A stretch of DNA of 64,000 bases from Spirulina sp. (GTDB lineage Bacteria > Cyanobacteriota > Cyanobacteriia > Phormidesmidales > Phormidesmidaceae), in the NCBI GenBank assembly GCA_044070495.1, contig JBIPSI010000014.1, positions 83,541 through 147,540 on the forward strand, read 5' to 3'. The position numbers and the translations under genes were made by a program. This document shows positions 40,783-51,545 of this stretch, in pieces. The notes under the pieces are model-generated. The model saw only the letters and a list, made by a program, of their open reading frames with translations, was not told the origin of the DNA and did not search any database. Numbering within the stretch: position 1 is the first letter of the stretch; each line of letters opens with the position of its first letter.

Positions 40783-41424
40783 CTAGGTAATATTCCATGC
40801 GATTGATAGCCAGGGTTGAATCACATTCAAAATCGTCAAATCTTCCCCGGCTCTGAGGAGTCGATCTGCGCTGATGTGGACGCCAAATTCGGCGGCAAGT
40901 TGTGCCCCTAGGGTGCCGTGGGCGAACATCAACACAAAAATGCCCAGCCCCGCCACCAGGTACGACCACTGCACCTGTCGCGCCCGATCTTTCCGCCATA
41001 CGTAGCGCTGAAAGCCTCGCCAAATGGCCATCCCGGTAATCAACGCCAGCAGCAGCACGCCGCCCACCCCGTGCCAGAGCATGGTTTCCAGGCTTTCTAG
41101 ACCCCAGGCACTGGTGCCGTCGCTGGGGGGTTGGGCCAACAGCATTTCGTAGAAGCCCGCCGCCACCGTGGGGAAGGTGATCACCGCCGCCGCCACCATG
41201 TTGAACCAGCCCACATCGTAAAAGTTGGAGGAGCTGGCCGGAATCGCCAAAAACTTGAACACCCGCTTTTCTAGCGGGAACAGCGCCCCCACAATATCGA
41301 AGCTGATGGCGACGATAAATAACCCCAGCGTCAGGTGTACCAGGTTGGGATGAATGGGCACCACGTAGGGCAACCCATTTGGCCCCAGTTGGTTAGCGAT
41401 TTGGTCAATCAAATCGGGATTCAT
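40783..41424 (-). CDS. DUF2231 membrane protein
   Basis: PIHPNLVHLTLGL, MLWHGVGG, HGTLGAQLAAEFGVH. Confidence 0.85.
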   Translation of the reverse strand: MNPDLIDQIANQLGPNGLPYVVPIHPNLVHLTLGLFIVAISFDIVGALFPLEKRVFKFLAIPASSSNFYDVGWFNMVAAAVITFPTVAAGFYEMLLAQPPSDGTSAWGLESLETMLWHGVGGVLLLALITGMAIWRGFQRYVWRKDRARQVQWSYLVAGLGIFVLMFAHGTLGAQLAAEFGVHISADRLLRAGEDLTILNVIQPWLSIAWNIT

Positions 41425-41924
41425 TACAGCACTCCGTCACGAATTGCTTCCACCACTTCCACGGTATGGAGGCCGTAGATCCATACCAGTTTGTCGCCCA
41501 GGTAGGTCTGAACCAGCACTAGCCCCGTCAGCAGCCCGCCGACGCCTAGGTAAGCGATGGGAAGAGACTTGGGGTCATTATTCCGCAGGATGTAGCGCCA
41601 GCCCGTAATGGCGGCGATGATCCCCGACAGCCCCCAGCCCAAAATTGTATGCAGGTTGAGGGTCGATTCTGCCGAGGGCAGGTAGGGCGTGGCCAAACCC
41701 GCCTCCACTTGGCCAAAGATGACGGCAATAAAAATCGACACCGTGGCAAAGGCCATATTCCACCAGCTCACCTCGTAGTAGCGGGGATTTTTGGTGAGGG
41801 TGCCCACCACATCGCACACAAAGGCGAACAGGGCCATGGCGATGACGAAATGCACCACGATGGGGTGGATGGTGTCGGGGTAGGGCAGGTTGTGGTCGTT
41901 GAGGGGGGGCAGATACTCAAACAC
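41424..41924 (-). CDS. DUF2231 membrane protein
   Basis: TIHPIVVHFVIAM, LNLHTILG, LGDKLVWIYG; TAATG coupling to the next gene. Confidence 0.85.
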   Translation of the reverse strand: MFEYLPPLNDHNLPYPDTIHPIVVHFVIAMALFAFVCDVVGTLTKNPRYYEVSWWNMAFATVSIFIAVIFGQVEAGLATPYLPSAESTLNLHTILGWGLSGIIAAITGWRYILRNNDPKSLPIAYLGVGGLLTGLVLVQTYLGDKLVWIYGLHTVEVVEAIRDGVL

Positions 41925-42261
41925 GGGATGTCCTGGGTAGGGAAGGTCCTAGGTTGTGGCCATGGGTCGTAGCCATTCAGAGCGCCACTGGGGCAAGCTG
42001 GCCTGAGGATAGCAAGCCGTTGCTTATAGGGTAAGTATCCTAGCTGTCACCTGCCAGAAAAATCTCACCTTAGCCAGGGATTTTCCCACTGACCTTCTGG
42101 GTGAAGGGCGAAATTTTATGAAATGTTAACGCCCCCGCCGTCTAAAACCAGACCTCTGGGGCCAACCTCAACGATCTTGAAGGCTCTATCCCGACAGGCC
42201 CAGGGTTAACAGGTGGGCAAGATACAATGGCCCTAGGTCACCTGTAACCTAGGGCGACAAG

Positions 42262-42837
42262 ATGCCGCTAACCCTTTCCCACTCCTCCTTACTAGCCCCC
42301 TATCGCTGGACGGTGGATCGCTACCACCGAGCGGTGGAAGCAGGCGTGTTTGAGGGGCAACCCTTGGAACTTTTGGATGGAGTCTTGGTTGAAATGTCGC
42401 CAGAGGGAATTCCCCATGCTGGGTTAAGCAGCGATGCGGCGGATTATCTACGCAGCCAACTAGGGAATCGAGCAAAAGTGCGGGAGGCTAAGCCCATCAC
42501 GCTACCCAACGACTCGGAGCCGGAGCCGGATATCGCTATTGTGCAACCCTTAGGGGAGGTGTATAAAACCGAGCGCCATCCCACCGTGGCCGACATTTTT
42601 TGGGTGATGGAGTACGCCAACACCAGCTTAGAAAAAGACCTATCGGTAAAAGATAAGATTTACGCGGCGGCAGGGATTTCAGAATATTGGGTTGTTAACC
42701 TTAAAAGCCGTTCTCTGATCGTTTTTCGTCATCCTAAAAATGGGGTTTATCAATCCCGTGTCACCCTAGCAGACGGAACCCTTTGCCCCGAGTGTTTTCC
42801 CGATCTATCCCTAGAGGTGGATCGTCTCCTACGATAA
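42262..42837 (+). CDS. Uma2 (DUF820) family endonuclease
   Basis: WTVDRYH, ELLDG, EPEPDIA, EYANTSLEKD..K..IYA.AGI.EYWVVNL. Confidence 0.92.
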   Translation: MPLTLSHSSLLAPYRWTVDRYHRAVEAGVFEGQPLELLDGVLVEMSPEGIPHAGLSSDAADYLRSQLGNRAKVREAKPITLPNDSEPEPDIAIVQPLGEVYKTERHPTVADIFWVMEYANTSLEKDLSVKDKIYAAAGISEYWVVNLKSRSLIVFRHPKNGVYQSRVTLADGTLCPECFPDLSLEVDRLLR

Positions 42838-42868
42838 TTCCCTCTAAAAACCTCGGTTAGGACAACCC

Positions 42869-44290
42869 CTATGGGTTTAGCATCACCTCCCGATAGTGGG
42901 GTTCAACGGGGTGGTGCTGAGTTTGGGCAGAGTCTTTGGCCATGGACTGGTGACGTAGGGCGTGGTGCAGCTCCTCAAGATTTAGAGTTAGCAAACGCCC
43001 CTGGTCAACCAATGGGCGACCCTGCACCCAGGCGGCTTCGACCACTTCCGTTGGTCTTCCCAGCACCAGCAGTTGGGCAGGATTCGTACAGGGCAGCAGG
43101 GAGGGATGATCGAGGTTGTAGAGCACCAGATCGGCCTCTAACCCAGGGGCAATGCGGCCCGTGCGATCCGCCAAATTCACGCCCTTGGCACCGCCCACCG
43201 TGGCCATGGTTAAGGCCTGTTCTGGGGTGATCCAGTGTTCGTAGTCATCGTCGGTGACGGTGTGGAGAATGGTGCCAAGCTTGATGGCCTCCAGCAGGTT
43301 TTGGGCATCGTTGCTGGCGGCCCCATCGCAGCCAAAGGACACATTTAGCCCCCGTTCTATACATTTCAGAATCGGTGCAAGGCCACTGCCTAGGCGCAGG
43401 TTGCTAACGGGGTTATGCACTAGGGTTGCCCCAGACTGGGCCATGACATCAATGTCGGATTCATCAATCCAAACCCCGTGGGCCAGGGAAGTCCGGGAAC
43501 TAAGACAACCGAGATTGTCCAGGTGTTGCACCGCACTGATGCCATAGCGTTCCTGGGCTAGGCGATGCTGGGCGCGGGTTTCTAAGAGATGGGTGTGGTA
43601 ACAGAGGTCGTAGCGCTGGCTGAGGTCGCCACAACCGGCCAGCAGTTCATCGGAACAGCGGTGAAACCCCGTTGGTCCCACGCCGATGTAAATGCCGTTG
43701 TCGGGATCGTGGAACTCGGCCACCATGGCCTCCATCATGGCCAACAGTTGACTGGCGGACTTGGGGGAGGCCGACTGGGGCAACAGACACCCCTTAGGAA
43801 AGCCGGAGGCAAAGGGTAAATCCATAATCAGCGGGGCCACTACGGCGCGAACCCCCACCGTTTTATAGCCCCGCACCAGGGCCGCCACGGTTTCCACTTC
43901 CTGCCCCGGAATCACGTAGGCATGATCCACCACGCAGGTGCCGCCGGAGAGCAGGGTATCCACCGCCGTGCTCACGGCTCCCCAATAAAGCTGATTCAGT
44001 TGCCGAGGGGTAGACTCAAACACGTTGGCCAGCCACAGTTCCAACGGCAATTGGGGAATCAGCCCCCGCTGCCACACCTGGGAAGAATGGGTATGGCCAT
44101 TCACAAACCCCGCTAGCAGCAACTTGTTTCGCCCGTTGATGACCTGATCCGCCGCCGTTGGGGGTAATGTGCCCGCTGGGGCTACCGCTTCAATGTGCTT
44201 CCCCGCCAACCAAACATCCACCACCGCTAGGTCGTCATTTTGTAGCGTCAGGACGGATTCAATCAGCGTTTGCATGGGGATGGATGGCAA
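42869..44290 (-). CDS. Metal-dependent amidohydrolase (SsnA/AtzA/deaminase-like)
   Basis: GFVNGHTH, HTHLLE, LAHGVW, HNPVSNLRLGSG, GCDG, ADLV. Confidence 0.9.
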   Translation of the reverse strand: MPSIPMQTLIESVLTLQNDDLAVVDVWLAGKHIEAVAPAGTLPPTAADQVINGRNKLLLAGFVNGHTHSSQVWQRGLIPQLPLELWLANVFESTPRQLNQLYWGAVSTAVDTLLSGGTCVVDHAYVIPGQEVETVAALVRGYKTVGVRAVVAPLIMDLPFASGFPKGCLLPQSASPKSASQLLAMMEAMVAEFHDPDNGIYIGVGPTGFHRCSDELLAGCGDLSQRYDLCYHTHLLETRAQHRLAQERYGISAVQHLDNLGCLSSRTSLAHGVWIDESDIDVMAQSGATLVHNPVSNLRLGSGLAPILKCIERGLNVSFGCDGAASNDAQNLLEAIKLGTILHTVTDDDYEHWITPEQALTMATVGGAKGVNLADRTGRIAPGLEADLVLYNLDHPSLLPCTNPAQLLVLGRPTEVVEAAWVQGRPLVDQGRLLTLNLEELHHALRHQSMAKDSAQTQHHPVEPHYREVMLNP

Positions 44291-44763
44291 AGATGGCTAA
44301 TACAGTAGCGCATACCCAGGGGCCATCTGGTGGCGATCACTACACCTTAATCTTGAGTCGTTCCGTTGAGGGCTTGTTTTGATTGGGTTCCAGCGTTGGG
44401 TTGGAGGCAACGCAACGCTAGGAGCCTGAACCGGAATCAAGTTAAAGTGCATCGGAAAGCCTCGCCTCAGGCGAGGGCTGACTCGAAACAATCATTTCTT
44501 ACACAGGGGGTAAGAAATGTGAGGAGACAGTAAACTTTAGAACGATGGGCCTAGCTTTCCTCCGTAGATTTCGCTAGAACACCTACAGCCCATCTTAGGT
44601 CTTCCCCCGGCTTCAATCGTGCCGAGTCCTTGGCGGTCTAGGGTTTACCTTGCCCGTTCTGAATGGGTGTACTGAGGTCGCTCAGATATCGTCTATCTGA
44701 GGCCCAAGCCCGATCACTGCATCTACCTTCGTGCCCAAGACATATCCCACGGAGGATCGTCCC

Positions 44764-45351
44764 ATGCCCCGATTGATCTCTAGTGCCACCCTCAGCGCGG
44801 CGGCACTGGTTACCGCTGTTGTGAGTGCCGCTGTTGCCAACCCCGCCCATGCCATCGGCTTCACAGACAGCTATGCCCCAGAAAACTTCATCCTAGAAAA
44901 TGTGGATACCGATGGAAGTTTTGATCTATCCGATATCCCTAACTCGTTAGTCATAATCGGGGGCAACAATGGGACTGGCGTATCTGGAAGTACTCGATAT
45001 TTAACGACAGCAGTAGCCTCTGGCCTAGTCAGTTTTGATTGGCTGTATAAAACAACAGACCCATCCGCTACCTATGACCCGTTTGGTTACTGGCTCAATA
45101 ATGCTTTTACTCAACTAACCAATAATTCTTTGAGTACCCAAGACGGCAACGCAGTGTTTTCGGTGCAGGTGGGGGATCGATTTGGCTTTGGGATTAATAC
45201 CCAAGACAATCTGCCTGCCTCCGCGTCCGTAACCATCTCTAACTTCATCGCCCCAGAAACCACTCCCGCTGCGGTGCCTACTCCGGCCCTGGGGTTTGGG
45301 CTGGTGGGGATGGGCATTGCGGCTCTGCGCCAGCGTTTGGCCCAAGACTAG
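44764..45351 (+). CDS. PTPA-CTERM (PEP-CTERM-like) sorting-domain surface protein
   Basis: Signal peptide; C-terminal VPTPA + hydrophobic helix + RQR; lower-GC core. Confidence 0.85.
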   Translation: MPRLISSATLSAAALVTAVVSAAVANPAHAIGFTDSYAPENFILENVDTDGSFDLSDIPNSLVIIGGNNGTGVSGSTRYLTTAVASGLVSFDWLYKTTDPSATYDPFGYWLNNAFTQLTNNSLSTQDGNAVFSVQVGDRFGFGINTQDNLPASASVTISNFIAPETTPAAVPTPALGFGLVGMGIAALRQRLAQD

Positions 45352-45444
45352 CCTAAGCCTTGTCTCTCTCCCGATGCCGAAGCCGATTTCCTGATCAATT
45401 ACCCCGCCAAACCGTGGGGGCGAGGGTTTCTCGCCTTTCTAATT

Positions 45445-45684
45445 CAACCTGAGTTTGCGGGTGAAGCCAATCCTGTAGCCGTCTCTAGGCGGGAGGCGTT
45501 TCGTCTGCTTCAGCAGACGTTTGCGGTCAGCCAGGGAATTATTCCCTGGTGGTTATGTCCAAGCAAGGACTAGAAGTCCTTGCCTCAAGGCCAAAATCCT
45601 CTAAAGAGGATTGGAAGGAGGAGCGCAAGCATCGGTGAATTTCCCTATTTCTCCTGATCCTTGGCCTAACCCGAACCGAGGTTA
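45445..45684. mobile_element. Degenerate MITE-like element packed with short palindromes
   Basis: Imperfect ends caacctgagtttgcgggt / acccgaaccgaggtta; internal ccagggaattattccctgg, gcaaggactagaagtccttgc, aatcctctaaagaggatt; no clear target duplication. Confidence 0.5.
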
Positions 45685-45749
45685 ATCCAAGGGTAGTCAG
45701 CCAGATGATAGATCTTGCCTCACCGATGGAAATACATCACTAATTACGA

Positions 45750-45785
45750 AAAACGGGCCGAGGTAATTAACCTTCGACCCGCTTT
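45750..45785 (-). terminator. Probable terminator of gap2
   Basis: aaaacgggccgagg...ccttcgacccgctttt imperfect hairpin with A/T tracts. Confidence 0.55.
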
Positions 45786-45818
45786 TGCTATGGGGCTTAA
45801 TTAAGCTAGAGGCTTAGC

Positions 45819-46832
45819 CTACTGCCACTTGGCGGCGACCAGTTCGGCTAGGTCTACCACGCGCTGGCTGTAGCCCCACTCGTTGTCGTACCAAGCGACG
45901 ACCTTCACCATGTCGCCACCCATCACCATGGTGAGGCTGGAATCGACGATGGAGGATTCGTCGGTCTTGCGGTAATCAATGGAGACTAGGGGCAGATCGC
46001 TGTAGGCCAGAATGCCCTTCATGGGGCCTTCAGCGGCTTCCTTCAGCACTTGGTTCACCTGCTCGGCAATGGCGGGTTTTTCCACCTGTACCACGAGGTC
46101 AACCACAGACACGTTGGGGGTGGGCACCCGCAGGGCGATGCCGTTTAGTTTGCCTGCCATTTCGGGGATGACCAGGGCCACGGCCTTGGCAGCCCCGGTG
46201 GTGGTGGGCACAATGTTGAGCGCAGCGGCCCGTGCCCGGCGTAGGTCACGGTGGCTGGCATCGAGTAGACGCTGGTCACCCGTGTAGCTGTGGGTGGTGG
46301 TCATGGTGCCTTTGATGATACCGAAGCTCTCGTGCAGCACCTTCACGACGGGGGCCAAGCAGTTGGTGGTACAGCTGGCGTTGCTGATCACGTTGTAGCC
46401 ATCGTGGCTGTAGTCTGCGTGGTTTACGCCCATGACGTAGGTGCCAATGCCGCCACCCTTGCCGGGGGCCGTAATCAGCACTTTCTTCGCGCCAGCTTCA
46501 ATGTGGCGAGAGGCTCCCTCTTCGCTGACAAAGACCCCGGTGGATTCGATCACGAGGTCAACATCCCAGGCGGCCCAGGGCAGGTTGTTGGGGTTGCGAT
46601 CCGAGTAGCACTTGATGGTTTTGCCGTTGACGATCAGGGTGTCTTCCCCAGCCTGGATATCGGCATCGAGACGACCCAGCATGGAGTCGTACTTCAACAG
46701 GTGAGAGTTGGTCTTAGGATCCGAAGTATCGTTGATGGCAACGATCTCCAATCCACTGTTTTCCCGCGTCAACCAACACCGCAAAAAGTTCCGACCAATG
46801 CGGCCAAACCCGTTAATGGCTACTCTAATCAC
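45819..46832 (-). CDS. gap2: NAD(P)-dependent glyceraldehyde-3-phosphate dehydrogenase, Calvin-cycle type
   Basis: [48 protein letters not shown]. Confidence 0.96.
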   Translation of the reverse strand: MIRVAINGFGRIGRNFLRCWLTRENSGLEIVAINDTSDPKTNSHLLKYDSMLGRLDADIQAGEDTLIVNGKTIKCYSDRNPNNLPWAAWDVDLVIESTGVFVSEEGASRHIEAGAKKVLITAPGKGGGIGTYVMGVNHADYSHDGYNVISNASCTTNCLAPVVKVLHESFGIIKGTMTTTHSYTGDQRLLDASHRDLRRARAAALNIVPTTTGAAKAVALVIPEMAGKLNGIALRVPTPNVSVVDLVVQVEKPAIAEQVNQVLKEAAEGPMKGILAYSDLPLVSIDYRKTDESSIVDSSLTMVMGGDMVKVVAWYDNEWGYSQRVVDLAELVAAKWQ

Positions 46833-47363
46833 TGCGTTTAACCCTCTGTTGTACTCAGACTAAGTATCTATTCTTAGACGAAACCATAATATCGCAAAGG
46901 ATGATCCACTTTAATAGCGAATCCTACCCTAACCGGATGACCATCGCTTCTCCGCCCTGGGGAATGGGGATCATTCCATTCGCCGGGGGGCCAGACTAAG
47001 GCGGGGCGGGATCGCGAGTATCGTCGGTGGTGGGTTTGTGGCCCGCCGAGGGAAAGGATAATAAGTGTTCCTGAGGCTGGATGCTGGGGGATATAGAGGA
47101 TCTGTATAGATCCTGATTCCTATCCTGCCCTAGACCCCAGATCCCACTGAGAAACCCTATTCCCTACGAAGTCTACGATGTACCTAGGTCTTGGGTCATA
47201 TAAATCGCAGCGAACTATACGACTAAGAATCTGGGAATCCTAGGGTACAATCATCGCTAATTTTTGAGGAAACCACCGGTTCGATTTTGGGGCCAATCCA
47301 GCAAATCTTGCTATGATGACGCCTGATACGTGGTGTGGTGTGGTGTTGTGCAAGGAGTGAAAG

Positions 47364-48860
47364 ATGCCAAATTCTGTAGATTTTAACGGCAGGCCGTTCC
47401 ACTTTGTTGGAATTGGCGGCATTGGCATGTCGGCTTTAGCCTACATTCTAACCAGGCGCGGCATTCCTGTGTCGGGATCGGACTTGCGTCTGAGTCATAT
47501 TACCCGCCGTTTACAGGAGGCTGGAGCCCATATTTTCTGGCAGCAGGAATCGGCCAACCTCCAGTACTTTGCCTCGCCATCCCTGGTTGCCTCCGTCGAT
47601 CCCAGTCCTGAAGACGCTACCCCTCAGGTCATTTGTTCCACGGCCATTGATGACCGCAACCCAGAATATCAAGCCGCCCTTGAGATGGGATGTCCGATCT
47701 ACCACCGCTCAGACGTGCTGGCGGCCCTCATCAACGACTATCGTAGCGTGGCGGTGGCGGGTACCCACGGCAAAACCACCACTAGCAGCATGATTAGCCA
47801 AATGCTGCTCCAGGCTGGTCTCGATCCCACCATTGTGGTGGGGGGTGAGGTCTCTAGCTGGGGTGGCAATGCCCGCCTAGGCCGCAGTGAGTATCTGGTG
47901 GCCGAGGCCGATGAATCGGACGGCACCCTAGCTAAGCTCTCAGCGGCCATCGGTGTTGTTACGAATATTGAGCTAGACCACACCGACCACTACCGCGACC
48001 TAGAGGATGTGATCCGCATTTTTCGCCAGTTTCAGCGCCAGTGTGAGGTGCTGGTGGCCTGCGTAGACTGCGAGGTAGTGCGGACGAACCTCCAGGCCAC
48101 CCTAACCTACAGTCTGAACCCGGACACGGGGGCCACCTACATCGCGACCGACATTCAGTTTGCCCCCACTGGCACCAGCGCCACGATCTGGGAACGGGGT
48201 GAAGCCCTGGGGCAAATGAACCTCAGCCTTCTCGGTGAGCACAACCTCAGCAATGCCCTGGCCGCTGTGGCCGTTGGTCGCCATCTGGGGCTTTCCTTCG
48301 AGGCCATTGCCGATAGCCTGAGACAGTTTTGTGGGGCACGTCGCCGCTTCGAGCATCGGGGCAGCTACGGCGGCATTCGCTTCGTAGACGACTATGCCCA
48401 CCACCCCAGCGAAATTCGCGCCACCCTAGCAGCGGCCCGCCTCAGCATTGGCCAGTCTGCCACGGTATCTAAACTGGCGGGGCCAGAGGAACGGCGGGTA
48501 GTGGCGGTGTTCCAGCCCCATCGCTTCAGCCGTACCGCTGCACTGCTGAGCGACTTTGCCGACGCCTTCGCCGACGCGGATCAGGTGATCATGGCGGATA
48601 TCTATAGCGCAGGGGAGGTCAACACCTACGGCGTCTCTGGACGGCAGGTGGCCGATGCCGTGGCCCAAAATCATCCAGGGGTGCGCTACGGCCATACCCT
48701 TGACGACATTCAGGGGGTGTTGACCAGCAGTCTGCGTCCGGGCGACCTGGTATTGTTTATGGGAGCTGGCAATCTTAATCAAATTATTCCCCAGGTGATG
48801 GCCCACTACGCCGAGGCGGAAGCGGAGGCAGAGGCTCCCTTTCTCCAGGAAGCCTGCTAG
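47364..48860 (+). CDS. murC: UDP-N-acetylmuramate--L-alanine ligase
   Basis: HFVGIGGIGMS, AGTHGKTTT, EADESD, DDYAHHP, FQPHR. Confidence 0.97.
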   Translation: MPNSVDFNGRPFHFVGIGGIGMSALAYILTRRGIPVSGSDLRLSHITRRLQEAGAHIFWQQESANLQYFASPSLVASVDPSPEDATPQVICSTAIDDRNPEYQAALEMGCPIYHRSDVLAALINDYRSVAVAGTHGKTTTSSMISQMLLQAGLDPTIVVGGEVSSWGGNARLGRSEYLVAEADESDGTLAKLSAAIGVVTNIELDHTDHYRDLEDVIRIFRQFQRQCEVLVACVDCEVVRTNLQATLTYSLNPDTGATYIATDIQFAPTGTSATIWERGEALGQMNLSLLGEHNLSNALAAVAVGRHLGLSFEAIADSLRQFCGARRRFEHRGSYGGIRFVDDYAHHPSEIRATLAAARLSIGQSATVSKLAGPEERRVVAVFQPHRFSRTAALLSDFADAFADADQVIMADIYSAGEVNTYGVSGRQVADAVAQNHPGVRYGHTLDDIQGVLTSSLRPGDLVLFMGAGNLNQIIPQVMAHYAEAEAEAEAPFLQEAC

Positions 48861-48909
48861 AGGGCGTTGGGGATAGAGGCCGCCGTGATCCGTCCCAAAG
48901 CCAGGGGCG

Positions 48910-49899
48910 ATGAGTATCAGAGCTATGATTTCGACCACTGACAGCGATCCTCCTATCTCTGATATTCTTTCCCAAGCGTCGTTGAAGAAGCTCAACACTT
49001 TTCGGGTCGGCGGCACAGCGGAATGGTTAGCCATGCCTCGGCAGCGGCAAGAGTTTGACTGGCTGCTTACCTATGCCCTAGAACGACAACTGCCGGTGAC
49101 CACCCTGGGGGCCGGTTCTAATCTATTGATCAGCGATCAAGGTATTCCTGGCCTAGTCATTTGTACTCGCCGCTGGCGCAGCACTCAGTTTGACGATGCC
49201 CAGGGGCGAGTGACCGTGGCTGCTGGGGAGCCCTTGCCAACTCTGGCCTGGAAGGCGGCAAAGCGGGGGTGGCGGGGCCTAGAGTGGGCGGTAGGCATTC
49301 CGGGTACCGTAGGTGGGGCCGTGGTGATGAATGCTGGAGCCCACGGCGGCTGTGCAGCGGACTGTCTGGTATCCGCTACGGTTCTCGATTCCAGCGGCAG
49401 GCTGGTGGATTTACCTCCCCAGGAGTTAGCCTTTGACTATCGAACATCCGCCTTGCAGGGATCAGATCGGCTGGTGATTGAGGCGACCTTCCAGCTGGAA
49501 CCTGGCCACGATCCGGCGGTAGTCAGTGCGGATACCCTGGCGGGGCTAAATCGGCGACGTTCCACCCAGCCCTACGACTGGCCTAACTGTGGCAGCGTGT
49601 TTCGCAATCCCTTACCCTATACCGCTGGCGGATTAATTGAGAAGGCGGGCCTGAAGGGCCATCGGATTGGTGATGCCCAGGTGGCAGAGCGCCACGCAAA
49701 CTTCATTCTCAACCTTGGGAATGCCAGGGCCGAAGATGTCTATCGGCTGATTCGCTACATCCAGGAATGCATCTATGATCAATGGGATCTATGGCTGCAT
49801 CCAGAGGTGAAATTTATCGGTGAGTTTCCCCACCTTGACCCCGTTCAAGGACTTCCTAACGGCCCTGAAGCTGAGGTCGGACAACCGCAACACCTATAA
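48910..49899 (+). CDS. murB: UDP-N-acetylenolpyruvoylglucosamine reductase
   Basis: [43 protein letters not shown]; start may instead be 48925. Confidence 0.96.
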   Translation: MSIRAMISTTDSDPPISDILSQASLKKLNTFRVGGTAEWLAMPRQRQEFDWLLTYALERQLPVTTLGAGSNLLISDQGIPGLVICTRRWRSTQFDDAQGRVTVAAGEPLPTLAWKAAKRGWRGLEWAVGIPGTVGGAVVMNAGAHGGCAADCLVSATVLDSSGRLVDLPPQELAFDYRTSALQGSDRLVIEATFQLEPGHDPAVVSADTLAGLNRRRSTQPYDWPNCGSVFRNPLPYTAGGLIEKAGLKGHRIGDAQVAERHANFILNLGNARAEDVYRLIRYIQECIYDQWDLWLHPEVKFIGEFPHLDPVQGLPNGPEAEVGQPQHL

Positions 49900-50092
49900 G
49901 TAAACCGATCAATATCCTATGGTTTTGATTACGAATCCCGTTCAGCCAGGGAAGAAAAAGAGAAGACAGGTATCAGGTTTTCCCGTAGGATCAAGTGATG
50001 TGTTAGATCTGTCTGTAAGGATCCCTAGAACCTTGATTTTTAGGATGTTTTCCAGTAGATCGCTACCATATATTTGATGAGAGGATAGCACC

Positions 50093-50392
50093 ATGGCAAC
50101 CTACAAGGTTACGCTGATCAACGAGACTGAAGGACTGAATACGACCATCGACGTAGATGACGATGTTTATATTCTCGATGCGGCTGAAACCCAAGGCATC
50201 GATCTGCCCTACTCCTGCCGGGCTGGGGCCTGCTCCACCTGCGCTGGCAAAATCACGGCGGGTACCGTGGATCAGTCTGACCAGTCCTTCCTGGATGACG
50301 ATCAAATCGGTGCGGGCTACGTGCTAACCTGTGTGGCCTACCCCACCTCCGATTGCACCATCCTCACCCACCAAGAAGAAGAACTCTACTAA
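50093..50392 (+). CDS. petF: Plant-type [2Fe-2S] ferredoxin, copy 1
   Basis: MATYKVTL...[14 protein letters not shown]...LTC...EEELY. Confidence 0.97.
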   Translation: MATYKVTLINETEGLNTTIDVDDDVYILDAAETQGIDLPYSCRAGACSTCAGKITAGTVDQSDQSFLDDDQIGAGYVLTCVAYPTSDCTILTHQEEELY

Positions 50393-50502
50393 GGGCTTTC
50401 CCGACTGGCTGGTTGTGCCTAGCCCTCTCAGCCAGCGGATTCGCCATTACGATGTCGAGTAGCTCAGTTCAGGGCTCTAAAGCCTGTGATCGCGAGTTGC
50501 AT

Positions 50503-50536
50503 GGGCGATGCTGTACTTTCAGCATTGCCCTTTTTT
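50503..50536 (+). terminator. Terminator after petF copy 1
   Basis: gggcgatgctg-tacttt-cagcattgccc-tttttt. Confidence 0.75.
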
Positions 50537-50608
50537 GTAGTCCTTTTTCAGAACCTAGGATCCGTGTCGAGATCCGGGTGCATAGAAGCTACGCCGAACC
50601 AGATCCAT

Positions 50609-50780
50609 GGCCGAAGACATCTATCGGCTGATTCGCCACATCTACGCGTGTATTGATAATCAACGGCCTCTATCGCGGCGCTCAAAGGTGAAAATTATCG
50701 GCGAATTTTTCGACCTCGGTTCTGTTCGAGATGATCGCAATGGCCCTGAATCTAAGGCTGGACAGCCACAACACCTATAA
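50609..50780 (+). pseudogene. Diverged duplicate of the murB 3' end
   Basis: Colinear with 49728-49899 at offset 881 (ggccgaaga...cacctataa). Confidence 0.85.
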
Positions 50781-50972
50781 GTAAACCGATCAATATCCTA
50801 TGGGTTCGATTACGAATCCCGTTCAGCCAGCTAGGAAAAAGAGAAGACAGGTATCAGGTTTTCCCGTAGTATCAGAAATGTGTTGAATCTGCCTAGAAGA
50901 ATCCCCAGAGCCCTGATTCTCAGGATGTTTTCCGGCAGATCTCTGCTATGTATTTGATGAGAGGATAGCATC

Positions 50973-51272
50973 ATGGCAACCTACAAGGTTACGCTGATCA
51001 ACGAGGCTGAAGGGCTGAATACCACCATCGATGTGGATGATGATGTTTATATTCTTGATGCGGCTGAGGGACTCGGCATCGATCTGCCCTCCTCCTGCCG
51101 CGCCGGGGCTTGTTCCACCTGTGCTGGCAAAATCACGGCGGGTACCGTCGATCAGTCTGACCAGTCCTTCCTGGATGACGATCAAATCGGTGCGGGCTAC
51201 GTGCTAACCTGTGTGGCTTACCCCACCTCCGATTGCACCATCCTCACCCACCAGGAAGAAGAACTCTACTAG
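50973..51272 (+). CDS. petF: Plant-type [2Fe-2S] ferredoxin, copy 2
   Basis: Four residue changes from copy 1 (T13A, TQ to GL, LPYSC to LPSSC). Confidence 0.95.
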   Translation: MATYKVTLINEAEGLNTTIDVDDDVYILDAAEGLGIDLPSSCRAGACSTCAGKITAGTVDQSDQSFLDDDQIGAGYVLTCVAYPTSDCTILTHQEEELY

Positions 51273-51381
51273 ACATTCCCTAAACGGGCTGATCTTCCCT
51301 GACGTAAGCCCTGGGGGAACTCTGGTCTTCGGCCTAACTCAGGATAGGGCTACCAAAGCCTAGTTCAAAAGCCCAACTTAG

Positions 51382-51418
51382 AAAAGGACGATGCTGAGTT
51401 TTCAGTGTCGTCCTTTTT
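51382..51418. terminator. Terminator after petF copy 2, possibly bidirectional
   Basis: aaaaggacgatgctga-gttt-tcagtgtcgtcctttt. Confidence 0.75.
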
Positions 51419-51545
51419 GGGTTTGGCTGAGCAAGGGTGCCTGGGCATCTCGTCAGACTTTGTACTGGTCGAGGACTTGGCTCTCCAACGACACCCCAGG
51501 TAGGGCCAACCTTAGGGCTAAGCTTAGGACCAACATTCGCATGAC

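Noticed and set aside
44297..44491. 64-aa minus-strand ORF upstream of the amidohydrolase
   Set aside because: No recognisable motif or RBS; cannot be supported.
46833..47363. Possible RNA gene in the gap2-murC gap; also checked 30500-31145 and 57160-57478
   Set aside because: No tRNA cloverleaf or known ncRNA signature was visible by eye; a covariance-model scan would be needed to exclude one.
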